IMG/VR virus record: IMGVR_UViG_3300007520_000004
From: a virus
Length of the DNA stretch: 30,071 bases
Reading direction: 5' to 3' (one strand)
Shown here: positions 29,836-30,071 of the stretch, one piece after another
How the letters are laid out: the number at the start of each line of letters is the position of its first letter
How positions within the stretch are numbered: position 1 is the first letter of the stretch
The notes under the pieces: model-generated
The model's database searches: none
Seen by the model: the letters and a program-made list of their open reading frames with translations, nothing else
Told to the model about the DNA's origin: nothing
Position numbers and translations under genes: made by a program

Positions 29836-30061
29836 CTACATATTCTCTAATTCGTGCCTTACTCTTAGGAGATATTCATAGGCATTTTTATAGCCTTCAT
29901 ATTCTGTTGGTATCATTTGAGCGTGCTCCATTGCTTCGTTTACACATATTATTGCATATTTCACAATCTCCAAATACACGAGAATTACATTCAGTGTCTC
30001 GAATTGTAAATGTGATTTTTTTATTTAATTCTAATTCGGAATCTGTTTTTATTGTACTCAT
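29836..30061 (-). CDS. Small early ORF(s) spanning the assembly junction; two frames that meet at an A7 run
   Basis: The frame from ATG 30061 gives MSTIKTDSELELNKK.. . The +1 frame, open from just before the A7 run (plus-strand T7 30016..30022), gives ..SHLQFETLNVILVYLEIVKYAIICVNEAMEHAQMIPTEYEGYKNAYEYLLRVRHELENM and ends at 29836. Either two tiny ORFs or one ORF of about 79 aa. Confidence 0.3.
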
Positions 30062-30071
30062 AATTAAGTAT
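29978..30071. repeat. Terminal direct repeat, copy 2 (identical to 1..94)
   Basis: Same 94-nt string as the window start. The repeat is limited by the window edge. Confidence 0.95.

Noticed and set aside
1-30071. A search for CRISPR arrays, rRNA/tRNA genes, transposase/IS ends, integrase/repressor lysogeny genes, reverse transcriptase (DGR/retron) and toxin-antitoxin pairs
   Set aside because: No spaced repeat array, cloverleaf, recombinase, RT motif (YxDD) or small paired toxin/antitoxin ORFs were recognised by eye. Absence should be confirmed with tRNAscan-SE, Infernal and HMM searches.

Overview
The window is a complete tailed dsDNA phage genome. Bases 1..94 are identical to 29978..30071, so the unit length is 29977 bp, either circular or terminally redundant. 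The sequence is AT-rich and densely coding, and most neighbouring genes are translationally coupled (ATGA / TAATG overlaps). Several gene starts are preceded by TAnnTTTG -7 boxes and most lack a Shine-Dalgarno sequence, which points to a Bacteroidota (Flavobacteriia-like) host; that host call is an inference. Layout: (i) A leftward (minus-strand) early arm runs 3480 down to 200 and continues across the junction to 28868. It encodes RusA-like resolvase, small ORFs, an HTH protein, Erf, a PD-(D/E)XK exonuclease, a DnaA-domain-IV-like protein, a secreted SLT transglycosylase, small ORFs and an MT-A70 adenine methylase. (ii) A rightward arm runs 3622..28554. It encodes a replication module (initiator-like protein, DnaB-like helicase, HNH, SSB-like protein), an unusual accessory operon at 6616..9755, TerS/TerL, virion genes, a lysis cassette with an amidase endolysin, and a metallophosphoesterase. 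The accessory operon contains a sigma-like domain fused to a GT-B glycosyltransferase, a 61-aa ORF, a ParB-like protein, a soluble ABC-type ATPase and a GNAT. No integrase, repressor module, tRNA or CRISPR array was seen. Most interesting observations: the ParB/ABC-ATPase/GNAT trio is a candidate undescribed nucleic-acid modification module. The only two T9 runs in the genome both sit at ORF overlaps in a canonical U UUU UUU -1 slippage geometry. There is an in-frame sigma-like/glycosyltransferase fusion. A 13-14-nt motif abuts the start codons of two virion-module genes. The convergent noncoding region at 28555..28867 is structured and compositionally atypical. All functional calls rest on motifs read by eye; no database search was run.
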